A stretch of 64,000 nucleotides of DNA, taken from positions 21,174 through 85,173 of IMG/VR virus record IMGVR_UViG_3300047678_000431. One strand, written 5' to 3'. Every line of letters begins with the position of its first letter. The stretch's first letter is position 1. This document shows, piece after piece, positions 9,292 to 19,104 of the stretch. Below the pieces are notes generated by a model. That model had not been told where the DNA came from. It saw only the letters and a list, made by a program, of their open reading frames with translations, and did not search any database. Both the position numbers and the translations under genes were made by a program. The DNA comes from a virus.

Positions 9292-9725
9292 AGCGGCAAA
9301 TCACCCCGTTTCTGTTTCTCATTGATCGCCTCAACGTATTCATCTATCTGCCTTTGCAAGATCGAGGCGCTGGCTAACTCGAGCGCATACATGACCAAGG
9401 TCGCCATGAAGAAAAATGCAAGGGCTAATCCGCCTTGAGATTTCACAATGTCGCTTGCGTGTGCAAAAGCCGTTCCGAGGCCCGCGATCGCAATCGTGAT
9501 CAGGTACATCACCCCCGTCATCGCGCCATTACGAAGCCGGTTGCGCCATTCTTCGAAGAGATGGCCGGACGAGAGGGCGCTCGTCCGTTCGAGGAGCTTG
9601 ACCTGTGGGAAAAGTGAGCAAAACGCCTGCGAGACATCGGCCGGAAAGAAATATGCTCTTTGCCCGAGTTCGCGCAGGCGAGCGGCCTCCTCGTCGCCGT
9701 CGACGGTCGGATCGAGGTTGCGCAT
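9288..9725 (-). CDS. Two-TM membrane protein
   Basis: Two hydrophobic segments; GGAG RBS. Confidence 0.6.
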   Translation of the reverse strand: MRNLDPTVDGDEEAARLRELGQRAYFFPADVSQAFCSLFPQVKLLERTSALSSGHLFEEWRNRLRNGAMTGVMYLITIAIAGLGTAFAHASDIVKSQGGLALAFFFMATLVMYALELASASILQRQIDEYVEAINEKQKRGDLPL

Positions 9726-9890
9726 GCTCCAACATTTCCGAAATCGGTCTTGAAATAAGAGAACCGGCTTCGCGAAATTCCTACCGTGCATAAAAAATGC
9801 GCGAAAGGGAAGCTATTGAAACGCGAGGCGCGCCCGTGTACGATTGTATCCGTGAGAATTCCCGAACGGGTATTCCCCGCATGGCGGCCG

Positions 9891-10331
9891 TCAAAACGGG
9901 ATCTCCCCGTCAATCTCATCGTCGCTCGGTTGGTATTGCGACGCATACTCGCTCGCGGTTGCATGCTCACGATGTCCCTGATCGTAACTCGATCCTCCCG
10001 CTGACCCGCTTTCTTTGCGGTCGAGCATTTGCATCGTGTCGATGACGATCTCGGTTGCCTTGCGTTTGTTTCCGTCTTTATCTTCGTAGTTACGGATGAC
10101 CAGGCGCCCCTCGACGAGAACGCTCGATCCTTTTTTCAGATACGTGTTGCACGTCTCGGCGAGTTTTTCCCAAGCCGTAATGTCAATGTATGTCGTTTCG
10201 TCGCCGTTTTTCGTGCGGCGATTGACGGCAAGGGTAAACTTTACGACCCCGGCGCCTGACTGCACGTACCGAATTTCGGGATCACGCGTGAGGTTACCGA
10301 CCAAGATGACGCGGTTGAAACTTCCGGCCAT
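9891..10331 (-). CDS. ssb: Single-stranded DNA-binding protein
   Basis: NRVILVGNLTRDPEIRY, VLVEGRL, acidic tail ending EIPF. Confidence 0.97.
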   Translation of the reverse strand: MAGSFNRVILVGNLTRDPEIRYVQSGAGVVKFTLAVNRRTKNGDETTYIDITAWEKLAETCNTYLKKGSSVLVEGRLVIRNYEDKDGNKRKATEIVIDTMQMLDRKESGSAGGSSYDQGHREHATASEYASQYQPSDDEIDGEIPF

Positions 10332-10633
10332 TATCCGTTTTTCTCCAATTTCTCCGGCATGCCGCGAAATACGCGGACCCCTTGCTCGTCTTCTAGGCGA
10401 ATAAGTACGGCGTCCCGTTGCATGCCGCGCGCCTTGATTGTAATACCGACAACGCCGTCCGCGTTTGGGATCTCCACGAGGTCGATCTCGATACGATGGC
10501 GGTCGCCGCCCTGGTCGCGAAAGCTAAACTCGGCGCTTGATTTCTCGTGCGAGTGAATGACGGAGGTCGACAAGTCGATCTCGGTCGGACCCGCGACGGT
10601 GATATATTTCGGCTCGCTCGTATCGGTACCCAT
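10331..10633 (-). CDS. Hypothetical protein
   Basis: AAGGAG RBS; TAATG coupling to ssb. Confidence 0.7.
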   Translation of the reverse strand: MGTDTSEPKYITVAGPTEIDLSTSVIHSHEKSSAEFSFRDQGGDRHRIEIDLVEIPNADGVVGITIKARGMQRDAVLIRLEDEQGVRVFRGMPEKLEKNG

Positions 10634-10684
10634 GCCGCTCCTTTAGGTCTTCGGGGATGTTAAGTTTTACATCGGCGAAATTCT

Positions 10685-10966
10685 TTAGACCATGAGCGAT
10701 GCGCGCGTTTTTTTTCCGATTACACGAGGCGCATCGCTCTCGTGCATCGCCTGAAGTTCGACGTCCTCGATACAGTATTGCAGACTCTCCGGGCGACCGG
10801 ATTTTGCATATTCGGCCTGAAGCTCCCTTGCTTGCCGGACAACCTGCGGCGGGTAGCGCCGCTCGGCAATTTGATCCGGCTTAGGCGAAGACCGCGCGAT
10901 CTCATAGCTCGCGAATCCAAGACCCCCGATTCCGACTGAACCTGCGAACAAGGCGAATACACGCAC
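10685..10966 (-). CDS. Membrane-anchored hypothetical protein
   Basis: GTG start after GAGGG; N-terminal hydrophobic segment. Confidence 0.5.
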   Translation of the reverse strand: MRVFALFAGSVGIGGLGFASYEIARSSPKPDQIAERRYPPQVVRQARELQAEYAKSGRPESLQYCIEDVELQAMHESDAPRVIGKKTRASLMV

Positions 10967-11050
10967 GAAACGAGCCCTCGTTTGATAAGTAGGCGCCGCA
11001 GCACATTGCGCGTTTTTTATGCACTTTACCTCTAGGCATCCGAGGTTTTC

Positions 11051-11794
11051 ATGAGATCGTACGGCGTCAAGTCTCGGGACTTTCATACCGAGCGTTTTGG
11101 CCTTTTCGTCCCGGATCGTCCGGCCGTCGGATTACTCCCGACGACGGTTGAATATCAATATCTCTTTTCGCCCGTTGACGATCAAGGCGATTTTTCCAGT
11201 TGTATTTTCCACGCGAGCAAAGGCATTCTCGACGCGATCATTCGGAAGCGATCGAAGGTCGATCCGGGTGTATCTTGGCGCGCGTTATATTCCGCAACGA
11301 AGCATCTGTTCGAATCGAATGATCTTGCCGATGACGGTGCGGTTATCGAACACGGCCTCAATTTGCTCATGCAATACGGATACGTCGAAGAATCCGCGTG
11401 GACCGATGTCGACGTCACCCCCGACAATGTGTTGACTCCGGTGCCCGATGATCTCTTCGTGAAAACCGATACGGTCACAAGTATTCTTCGCGTCGGTATC
11501 AACGAAGAAAGCTTTTGTCACGCGTTATATGGTCACGGCCCGATTATCATCGGCGTGAATTGGCCGAGTGCGTGGGAATTTCCAACCGATGCGAGCGGCA
11601 TTCTTGATCCGAATGTCTCCGACATTGCGGGCGGTCATTGTGTCGTCATCACCGGGTATCGCCGACAGTCGAACGTCACGTATTATCACATTCGCAATTC
11701 GTGGGGCACTGCATGGGGTGATCGCGGTTATGGGTGGATGCCCGCAAGCGGACTCGGGTTCGTCACAAACGCCTACACCGTTCAAATTCCCTAG
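11051..11794 (+). CDS. Papain-like cysteine peptidase (C1 family)
   Basis: DQGDFSSC (oxyanion Gln/catalytic Cys), GGHCVVITGY (His), IRNSWG..WG..GY (Asn). Confidence 0.92.
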   Translation: MRSYGVKSRDFHTERFGLFVPDRPAVGLLPTTVEYQYLFSPVDDQGDFSSCIFHASKGILDAIIRKRSKVDPGVSWRALYSATKHLFESNDLADDGAVIEHGLNLLMQYGYVEESAWTDVDVTPDNVLTPVPDDLFVKTDTVTSILRVGINEESFCHALYGHGPIIIGVNWPSAWEFPTDASGILDPNVSDIAGGHCVVITGYRRQSNVTYYHIRNSWGTAWGDRGYGWMPASGLGFVTNAYTVQIP

Positions 11795-11811
11795 CACGAA
11801 GGAGCGCCGCG

Positions 11812-13548
11812 ATGCCGTCATTGATTTCCTCAATACAAAAAAGCGTCGCGCGCATCCTCGCCGGTCCCGACATTAACATTCCGCGTAAAGGTGCGATCTC
11901 TCCGGTTTCAATCAAACAAGATCGTCAGTTTATGGACGGCGGTCGGATCGAGCCGCGCAACATCATTGCGCGCAATAACCTGCAATCGCTTGCCGAGCGT
12001 GATGATGTGATCGTCGCCCTTCGCCGCGTGTTGCGCAACGGTATCGGAAATCTCAAATGGCACATAGTCCCCGATATTGACGCAATCGAAGCCGACATCA
12101 AGCGATGGAAATCGACCGTTGCGCTGAACCTTGCCATGCCGGGCATGCACATGACGTTTCATCCGCAGGCGATGACGCATGAGTTTTATGCTGGTGCAAC
12201 CGGTGAGTTGCGCGATCTTCTCGTTTCTGAAGCTGAAACAGGTGCCGAGTTCGAAACCTCGACGCGATTGCATCAATTTTTCGAAAACATTCTCGCCGCG
12301 CATAGCGTGATCGCGGAAAGTCACGTCGCCGAGGTGAAGTCCCTCTTCGATAAACCGAACGCAAATGACACCTGGAGAAGTTTCATTTCGCGGGTTGTTG
12401 ATCAGTTGTCGCTCTTCGATGCCGCTGCAATCGTGAAGAATCCGATGATGAACGAAGATCGCATCGGTGAGATCTATCTTCTGCCCGGCGAAGACGTGCG
12501 CGTCTATCGTCGGCGCGATCTTCTCCAACCGATTCCGCCCTTTACGGCGTTTGATTGGTCGGTCAATGATCGGATCTTCGCGTATTTCAATGCGTTTGAA
12601 ATGTGCTATATTACCGCGAACCCGCAGCAGAACGGATACGGGAAACCGCCGCTTGAGGCGCTCGTACAACAAATGCTCGGATCAATTTCCGGTGATCAGT
12701 ATCTTCTCGAATTCTTCGCAAATAATAACATGCCCGCCGGTATCTTTGACCTCGGCCCGAACGTTGATCAAGGTGAACGAGACGCAGTCGAAACGCACGT
12801 GAACAATCAAGCGCGCAAAGGTTTGCGGCGCATTATGTTCGTGTCGAACATGGATGGCGTCAAGGGATTTATGCCCATGCCGCAGCAGCCGATGAAAGAT
12901 AATGACATCGTCAACATGTTCGACATGTGGACGAAGCGAAAAGCTGCCGTCTTTGGGCTTTCTCCGAATGACATCGGACATACGCAAGATATGCATCTTG
13001 CAAATGCGGATAATCAAGCCGAACTGACGCAATCTCGCGGCATTGATTCGATCGCCAAAGCAATCGAGAACGAACTCAATGTCCATATCGTCAAAGGTAC
13101 GATGTGGCGCCGTAATAATCCCGAAGACGTCAATGATCCGACCGGTATTCCGATGCCGGTCTTTCCCTTTCAAGACGTACGATTCGAATTTATTACCGGC
13201 GAGAAGGATGAGAACGCCGATCTCTCTGATCGTGATCTCAAACTTTGGGGCATGGGCGCCCTGTCGACAAACGAGATTCGCAAGTCGCATGGATTGCCGC
13301 CGGTCCCCGGCGGTGATACGCATGTCGTCAATCAGCAGGTGACGATGAAAGTCGATGACCTGCCGAATCTTCCCGCGCCGACGCAAATGGACACTGAGGT
13401 CCGCTTGCCCGATGGCCGCGAGCGTGATGAACGTCCAGGCGCAAACGCGCAGCAAAACGAGCAAAGACCGCCGACGCCGTCACCGGAACAGGCGGAAAAA
13501 AACCTTACCGCGTTAGCTCATAAGCTCGCGCAGATCGTCAAAGGGTGA
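11812..13548 (+). CDS. Portal protein
   Basis: GYGKPPLEAL, FANNNMPAG, AVFGLSPNDIG, STNEIRK..GLPPVPGGD (HK97-type portal motifs); AAGGAG RBS. Confidence 0.9.
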   Translation: MPSLISSIQKSVARILAGPDINIPRKGAISPVSIKQDRQFMDGGRIEPRNIIARNNLQSLAERDDVIVALRRVLRNGIGNLKWHIVPDIDAIEADIKRWKSTVALNLAMPGMHMTFHPQAMTHEFYAGATGELRDLLVSEAETGAEFETSTRLHQFFENILAAHSVIAESHVAEVKSLFDKPNANDTWRSFISRVVDQLSLFDAAAIVKNPMMNEDRIGEIYLLPGEDVRVYRRRDLLQPIPPFTAFDWSVNDRIFAYFNAFEMCYITANPQQNGYGKPPLEALVQQMLGSISGDQYLLEFFANNNMPAGIFDLGPNVDQGERDAVETHVNNQARKGLRRIMFVSNMDGVKGFMPMPQQPMKDNDIVNMFDMWTKRKAAVFGLSPNDIGHTQDMHLANADNQAELTQSRGIDSIAKAIENELNVHIVKGTMWRRNNPEDVNDPTGIPMPVFPFQDVRFEFITGEKDENADLSDRDLKLWGMGALSTNEIRKSHGLPPVPGGDTHVVNQQVTMKVDDLPNLPAPTQMDTEVRLPDGRERDERPGANAQQNEQRPPTPSPEQAEKNLTALAHKLAQIVKG

Positions 13549-13552
13549 AAAC

Positions 13553-13879
13553 ATGGCTAATACTTGGAACGTTGCGGCAAACGGGGCCGTCACACTCAAC
13601 GGAACCGCAATTCCGAACACGTATTTCGTCAAGGTCGCCCTTGAATGGAATACCGAGTTGAGCAAGATCGAAACGTATATTGAAGTCGAGGCCCCGAACG
13701 TTTCGGAAGACAATGCGATCGACCAAGTCCTTGCGGTCTTGCCCGGATCGCCGACGTACGCTTCACTCGGCGGATACACGCCGCGCACTCTGTATCGTTC
13801 GGCGCTTGGCGATACGATCTCGCTTGCCGCGATTAGTGTCGTGCAGCAGAATACGCGCCCGGATAAGCTCGGCGTATAA
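13553..13879 (+). CDS. Hypothetical virion-region protein
   Basis: AAGGGTG RBS; directly after portal. Confidence 0.65.
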   Translation: MANTWNVAANGAVTLNGTAIPNTYFVKVALEWNTELSKIETYIEVEAPNVSEDNAIDQVLAVLPGSPTYASLGGYTPRTLYRSALGDTISLAAISVVQQNTRPDKLGV

Positions 13880-14023
13880 ACAACGTGCTGCCCCTCGAGT
13901 TTCGGCGAGGCGCGGCGGCTCGGAGAACGCGCAGCGGCGGTGCCTCCTGCGTCCCCTGACGCGTGGTCGCGATCGCCGTCGCTTCTCCGGTGATCGCGAC
14001 CTTTCTCTCTCTTTCGAGGCGCT

Positions 14024-14917
14024 ATGCATACACTCGAATTCGACCTCGGCATGATTGCGATTAAGAGTCGCAAGCCGGTTCGCGAAGTCATCAAAGCGTT
14101 GCAAGATCACTGGAATCTTCCGCGATACGCCCCAAACCTGCGCAAGGCGGCGGGGGATGACGACGGTTCGAGTACGGCTGGAAATCATGACATCCCGGAG
14201 ATCGGACGACAAGAGGCCGCTTTTTATAACGCTCTCACCGCCGGTCAAAAAGAGGCGTATGCCGCCATCCGGGAACTTGTCAATCGTTTGCATGAAAGCA
14301 AGGGCGGATGGGCCGGGATTAACCCCTGGGACATCGACGAACCGATTGATCAGTGGAAAGACAACGCATTTTATGAACTCGCAACGCATCCGATGCGTGC
14401 GTATATGGTCGGTCAGATGCTTGCGACCGATGCAATCGACAATGGCCTCGCGCGGCCAGTTTTGCCGACCGACACGCAAGCGATCGAATTCTTAAATTCA
14501 TATGCGTTCAACGAGATTCAATCGGCATTCGATAACATGAAGTCGGATCTTCGCAACGCGCTCATTCAGGGGATGCAACGCGGGGACAACCCGCGCGAGG
14601 TTACGCGTGCGCTTCATGACACGATCAGCGGATACGAAATCGACTGGGATCTCATCGCAATCACCGAAACCGCGCGCGCCGAGAGTCAAGGCCGACTTAA
14701 CGAACTTACCGATCAAGGTTATGAGTACGCAATCGGATCAAGTGCGCACGACTCGCGCACCTGCGAAGATTGTTTGCGCCTGGTCAACGATGTGGTCGTC
14801 GATGTGAAAGATACTGTCGGCGTTTCAAATTATGGGCGCAAAAAAGCTGACTGGGTGACATGCATACCGCTACATCCGCGATGCCGTTGCGTATGGCTCC
14901 CCTACTCGCAACCGTGA
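14024..14917 (+). CDS. Head morphogenesis protein (Mu gpF/SPP1 gp7-like)
   Basis: IAITETARA, DSRTCEDC, PLHPRCRC. Confidence 0.88.
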   Translation: MHTLEFDLGMIAIKSRKPVREVIKALQDHWNLPRYAPNLRKAAGDDDGSSTAGNHDIPEIGRQEAAFYNALTAGQKEAYAAIRELVNRLHESKGGWAGINPWDIDEPIDQWKDNAFYELATHPMRAYMVGQMLATDAIDNGLARPVLPTDTQAIEFLNSYAFNEIQSAFDNMKSDLRNALIQGMQRGDNPREVTRALHDTISGYEIDWDLIAITETARAESQGRLNELTDQGYEYAIGSSAHDSRTCEDCLRLVNDVVVDVKDTVGVSNYGRKKADWVTCIPLHPRCRCVWLPYSQP

Positions 14918-14925
14918 GGAATACA

Positions 14926-15441
14926 ATGCCAACACTTTTAGAAGTTTTACAGCCGAACCCGACGGCGGCGGACATTATGATCAAGGCACGCACGGTCGGC
15001 GAACTCGTTTTGAAATCAGAAGACGAAGTTTCGATTGATAGCGGAACCGGCGGTCATGACATGCCGAACGGGTCGTATGAACGAGCGATCTCCCTCGCCG
15101 GTGGCCCGACGATCAAGGCAACGCCTTGCCCGAGCAGTCAATCCGGCCCGTATTACGACGATTATTCGCCGAATGGCGCATACCATTCGCCGCACGTCGT
15201 CGGCACGTTCCCTGATCATACGATCGTCGGATGCGACGCGTGCGATCGGTACTGGAAAGTGCCCTATGAAATCAAAGATGACGAGGGTCGTGCGACCGTG
15301 ATGACGGGTGAGCCCGAGGCGCGCGTCCGCGCATTTATGGACCCCGCCGCTGCGAAGGACGCCCTTTCCGATCCGCCATTTAACCCGGCATCTGCCGTCG
15401 ACGATCCGACCCCGTCCGCCGAGGGCGGCGAAACCGTATAA
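14926..15441 (+). CDS. Head-associated hypothetical protein
   Basis: GAGGA RBS; TFPDHTIV...YWKVPYEI...TGEPE segment of the kind seen in head-protease-associated domains. Confidence 0.6.
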   Translation: MPTLLEVLQPNPTAADIMIKARTVGELVLKSEDEVSIDSGTGGHDMPNGSYERAISLAGGPTIKATPCPSSQSGPYYDDYSPNGAYHSPHVVGTFPDHTIVGCDACDRYWKVPYEIKDDEGRATVMTGEPEARVRAFMDPAAAKDALSDPPFNPASAVDDPTPSAEGGETV

Positions 15442-15466
15442 CCGCTCTCACGAAGGGGACTTTGCA

Positions 15467-16186
15467 ATGTATCAATCAGCTTTTACCTCGCAAGAACTCA
15501 CGGATCACTATCCGGTCAGCACGACCCCGCTTCTGCTCAAGACGATCGCGCAGGTCGACGACCTTATTCAGCAGGGCGTGATCAGTGACAACGAACTTCG
15601 CCAACTCTTGCCGATTATCGGGGCCGCAATGGACCCGAACGTCGAGAAGGTCACCGTCGGCGGCGCAACCTATACCGGAACGGCTGGCGGCGTCACGCGC
15701 ACGTATTTCGCGATTCCGCTCTATCCTCTGCCGACCGGCAGTGCGGCAAATCCCCGTGGCGTCTATTTGAATCAATATCCGCAGAATCCGCCGGGCGGCC
15801 GTCTGACGCAAACGAATTACATTAGTGAAAACGACATGGTCAAGAATTACGTCGGGGGATCGGCCGCAAACCCGCCGACCGGCCACGTGGTCACCGATAC
15901 GCAAACCGAACTCGATCAATCGAATTACGTGACCTTAGTCGCGCCGGTTGCGAGTGCAAGCGTGATCCCGAATGTCTTGTTTGAAATCTATTGCGAAGCG
16001 ACCACGACCGCCCCGTCGACGCTCATGCGATACCTAGTCGCAACGCGCGTCGCTCCGGGCGCAACCGTCATCGACGGGAACCAAGTCGCTCGCGCCTACA
16101 CGTTGCCCGCGCATACCGGGTTTGCGGTCGACAAGTCCGGTTCGACGCCGGTTGCAATCCCCGGACCTCGTTCGTTCATCATCTAA
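15467..16186 (+). CDS. Putative head decoration/structural protein
   Basis: Thr/Pro/Gly-rich, beta-rich; within head cluster. Confidence 0.55.
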   Translation: MYQSAFTSQELTDHYPVSTTPLLLKTIAQVDDLIQQGVISDNELRQLLPIIGAAMDPNVEKVTVGGATYTGTAGGVTRTYFAIPLYPLPTGSAANPRGVYLNQYPQNPPGGRLTQTNYISENDMVKNYVGGSAANPPTGHVVTDTQTELDQSNYVTLVAPVASASVIPNVLFEIYCEATTTAPSTLMRYLVATRVAPGATVIDGNQVARAYTLPAHTGFAVDKSGSTPVAIPGPRSFII

Positions 16187-16192
16187 ATTCAT

Positions 16193-16489
16193 ATGGAATT
16201 TGAGATCGGGCGACAAGATCGGGCGACGCTGCCAATGGCACGCGATAAGATGGGATCTAAAGATTCGGTTGTCGTGCATGTAAAAGTCTTAAGCGATGAT
16301 TTACGTGAAATTCAGGAGACGACGCGTGCGGTCACACGCGCCGTCGCTGATGCTCGCGTTCATGGCAAACAGATTAGCGTCGTCGTGACGGACGAAAAAG
16401 TTCAAATGAGCATCGGCGACATGAAGCAACTTGCTTCGTATGTCACGGCTGAAGTTATGAAAGCCCTGCACATCCCCTCGCCGACTTAA
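16193..16489 (+). CDS. Hypothetical protein
   Basis: ORF within head cluster. Confidence 0.55.
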   Translation: MEFEIGRQDRATLPMARDKMGSKDSVVVHVKVLSDDLREIQETTRAVTRAVADARVHGKQISVVVTDEKVQMSIGDMKQLASYVTAEVMKALHIPSPT

Positions 16490-16521
16490 AACATCCTTTA
16501 CCGAGTGAAAGGGTTCCCGCG

Positions 16522-17868
16522 ATGCAATTACAGCATCGCCGATTTTTCATTCCCTTTGCTAAGGAAAAGATCGACAAAGAACGTCGTATCGTCTGGGGCA
16601 TTGCGCAAGAAGAATCGGTTGATACACAAGACGACCGCCTCATGTACGATGCGTCAGTCGCCGCGTTTTCTGCGTGGGCCGGAAACATTCGCGAGCAACA
16701 CGATGATAGTAAAGCCGTAGGTCGAGCGATTGAGATTATCGCCGATCCAAAAGCGAAGACCATCACCGTCGGCGCGCGTATTTCGCTCGGTGCCGAGGAT
16801 ACGTGGCAAAAGGTTCTCGATGGTACGCTTACCGGTTATTCAATCGGCGGCGTTCTTCAGGAATTTGCGCTCGACTATGATCCTGAATATCAGAGAAATA
16901 TTCGCAACGTGACAAAGTACGAACTGTACGAGCTTTCGCTCGTCGACGTTCCGGCGAATTCAGGTTGCGTGATTACCGCCGTGCAGAAGCGCGGTACACA
17001 TCTCGTCGCGACCGACGTGCTTGCGCACAGTCTCGGCGCGCTAACTGCGAGCGACGTGCTCAACATGAAGAAAGCGAGTCAACCCATGCCAAACGCAAAG
17101 CGCGCCAAGGTACAAACGATCGTCAGCTTCGCCAAATCACTCGGCGCGAACGATGAGGTTATTCTTCTTCGCACAAGCGACCTAAGCAAAGCAAAAGACG
17201 GAAGCATCGTCTTGAAGTCGACGGCTCCCGTCTCGGGCATTATTCGCAAAGATGATCTCGACGCCGACGGTTATACCGATGAATCCGATGACACAAGCAG
17301 CGAGAACGAACCCGAACAAATCGACTTTGAGCAACATGCCGAGAACGCCGCAAAGATGCATAAAGCATTTTGCAAGATGGGCGGCATTGACGACAACGAA
17401 GGCCATTATCTCGAATCGACCAAGGAAGACGGCGATGACGATATGGCTATGGGTGACGAGCCAAAGGATGACCCGTCGGGCATGAAGTCGCGTCGTTTAC
17501 GCCGCGAAAAAGCGCGTCGCATCGAGGCCGCAAAATCGGCAACGCAAAGCAAACTTGAAGCGCAAGTCGCGGCGTTGAGCGATCAAGTTGTTGCCTTGAC
17601 GAAGACCCTTTCCTCCGGCGGATCAACGACAGCCGTGACCCCGCGCGTCGGCGCCGGTCAAGCTGGTACCGTGGTCGAGAAGGGCGGCGTCGCCGTCGCG
17701 AATTCGCAAGAAGCGCGCCTCGCCGAACTCAAATCCAAGGCCGCCGAGATGGTCAAGTCCGGTTCTAAAGGTCTTACCCAAAAAGATCGCGCCGAACGCG
17801 ACGCAACGCTTAACGAGATTCTATCTCTTGAGACGGCGATCCGCGCAGGTTTCGACCCGAAAGCCTAA
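16522..17868 (+). CDS. Prohead protease with C-terminal scaffold-like region
   Basis: IREQH, LTGYSIGG, ELSLVDVPAN; acidic/coiled-coil C-terminus. Confidence 0.9.
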   Translation: MQLQHRRFFIPFAKEKIDKERRIVWGIAQEESVDTQDDRLMYDASVAAFSAWAGNIREQHDDSKAVGRAIEIIADPKAKTITVGARISLGAEDTWQKVLDGTLTGYSIGGVLQEFALDYDPEYQRNIRNVTKYELYELSLVDVPANSGCVITAVQKRGTHLVATDVLAHSLGALTASDVLNMKKASQPMPNAKRAKVQTIVSFAKSLGANDEVILLRTSDLSKAKDGSIVLKSTAPVSGIIRKDDLDADGYTDESDDTSSENEPEQIDFEQHAENAAKMHKAFCKMGGIDDNEGHYLESTKEDGDDDMAMGDEPKDDPSGMKSRRLRREKARRIEAAKSATQSKLEAQVAALSDQVVALTKTLSSGGSTTAVTPRVGAGQAGTVVEKGGVAVANSQEARLAELKSKAAEMVKSGSKGLTQKDRAERDATLNEILSLETAIRAGFDPKA

Positions 17869-17922
17869 GTCCGCTGACGCGCGCGCCGTGTAAGAACGCG
17901 CGCGCGTTTCCCGTCCCTTTGT

Positions 17923-17960
17923 AGTCGCAAGCGATCGTTTAGATCCTGCGGCTTTTTTTG
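17923..17960 (+). terminator. Hairpin + T-tract upstream of capsid gene
   Basis: agtcgcaagcgatc-gttta-gatcctgcggct followed by a T run. Confidence 0.55.
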
Positions 17961-17984
17961 TTGCCCGCCCGTGGGAGATAAACC

Positions 17985-19046
17985 GTGTCAACATCGCAAT
18001 TAACTGCGGATTATGTGCTTCAGAGCCTGCAAGGCGTCGATGCTCTTATCCGTAAAAGTGCAACCCCCGTTCTCGGCCTCGAAGTCGTTCGCCAGGATTT
18101 AGAGAACGAACTCAAACTCGCTGCAAACCTTGATACGCCGCTTCGTAATCGAATGAAGCGTATCAAAGGCGAAGGCAAAGCGCACGCATTCTATCAGCTG
18201 CAATCGAATCTCGATTCGACCGGCCAAGTTCGATTCTTAGGAACCGACGCAACGAACGGCGTGTTCGCAAAGGGCGGCCTTCCGAACTCTGTCGATGCGC
18301 AATACAATTACATCGCCCGGCCGTACGCAAACGTCGGCGACGTAATGACAATCCCGTTCCAAGACATTGCGCAAGATGCTTCGTATATCGAAATCAAGGC
18401 GCAGCAGAAACGCGTGAAGATGCTCAACACCGGGTTGATTGAAGAATACTTAATCATCAACGGAAATAGCGACACGACAAGCGGTCTTGAGTTCGACGGT
18501 CTGCTCACTCAGATCTTAAACGGCGGATATAATATCCTCGACGTGAGTGCCGCCGGTGGTTCGCCCCTGCGATACTCTTTGATCACGCAAGAGCTTTTCC
18601 GCATCAAGAAGGCGGGCGGACGTACGCGCGCGCTGATCATGTCTTACTCGATGAAAGCAGCGTTGACTGAGCTTCTCGGTTTGTACTACGCAATTCGCCA
18701 AGTAGGCACCGGCGGCGGTACGAACTACGCGGGCGGCTTCTCGACCGAATCGTGGGACTTCGGAACCGGATCGGTCGACCTCATTGACGATCAGTATATG
18801 ATCCCCGATCCTGTGACCGGTCTTGAGCGCATCATCTTCATCGACGATGAAACGCCCGATGACAAGAACGGCGGAAACGTCATTCAAATGGTCGACGTCG
18901 ATCCGATTCATTATCAGGATCTTGCGACCATCGCGACCGCAGAACGCGGCATCGTGTATGAAACGACTCAGCTGATGATCGGCATCCTGCAATTTCAGGG
19001 CCTTATCACCGGATTCAATCTGTCGTTAACTCCGACGATCGCCTAA
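17985..19046 (+). CDS. Major capsid protein
   Basis: Position after protease; DTPLRNRM, EEYLIING, EFDGL HK97-fold signatures; GGGAG RBS. Confidence 0.88.
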   Translation: MSTSQLTADYVLQSLQGVDALIRKSATPVLGLEVVRQDLENELKLAANLDTPLRNRMKRIKGEGKAHAFYQLQSNLDSTGQVRFLGTDATNGVFAKGGLPNSVDAQYNYIARPYANVGDVMTIPFQDIAQDASYIEIKAQQKRVKMLNTGLIEEYLIINGNSDTTSGLEFDGLLTQILNGGYNILDVSAAGGSPLRYSLITQELFRIKKAGGRTRALIMSYSMKAALTELLGLYYAIRQVGTGGGTNYAGGFSTESWDFGTGSVDLIDDQYMIPDPVTGLERIIFIDDETPDDKNGGNVIQMVDVDPIHYQDLATIATAERGIVYETTQLMIGILQFQGLITGFNLSLTPTIA

Positions 19047-19054
19047 TTGCAACA

Positions 19055-19090
19055 CGCGCGCGGCGAATCACTTCGCCGCGCGCCCTTTCT
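19055..19090 (+). terminator. Intrinsic terminator after capsid gene
   Basis: gcgcgcggcgaa-tcac-ttcgccgcgcgc then ccttt. Confidence 0.7.
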
Positions 19091-19104
19091 GTATTGGGGC
19101 CGCA

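Noticed and set aside
11908-13464. Long antisense ORFs (11908-12672, 12682-13464 and similar ones opposite other genes)
   Set aside because: Shadow ORFs of GC-rich coding strands with no motifs or RBS
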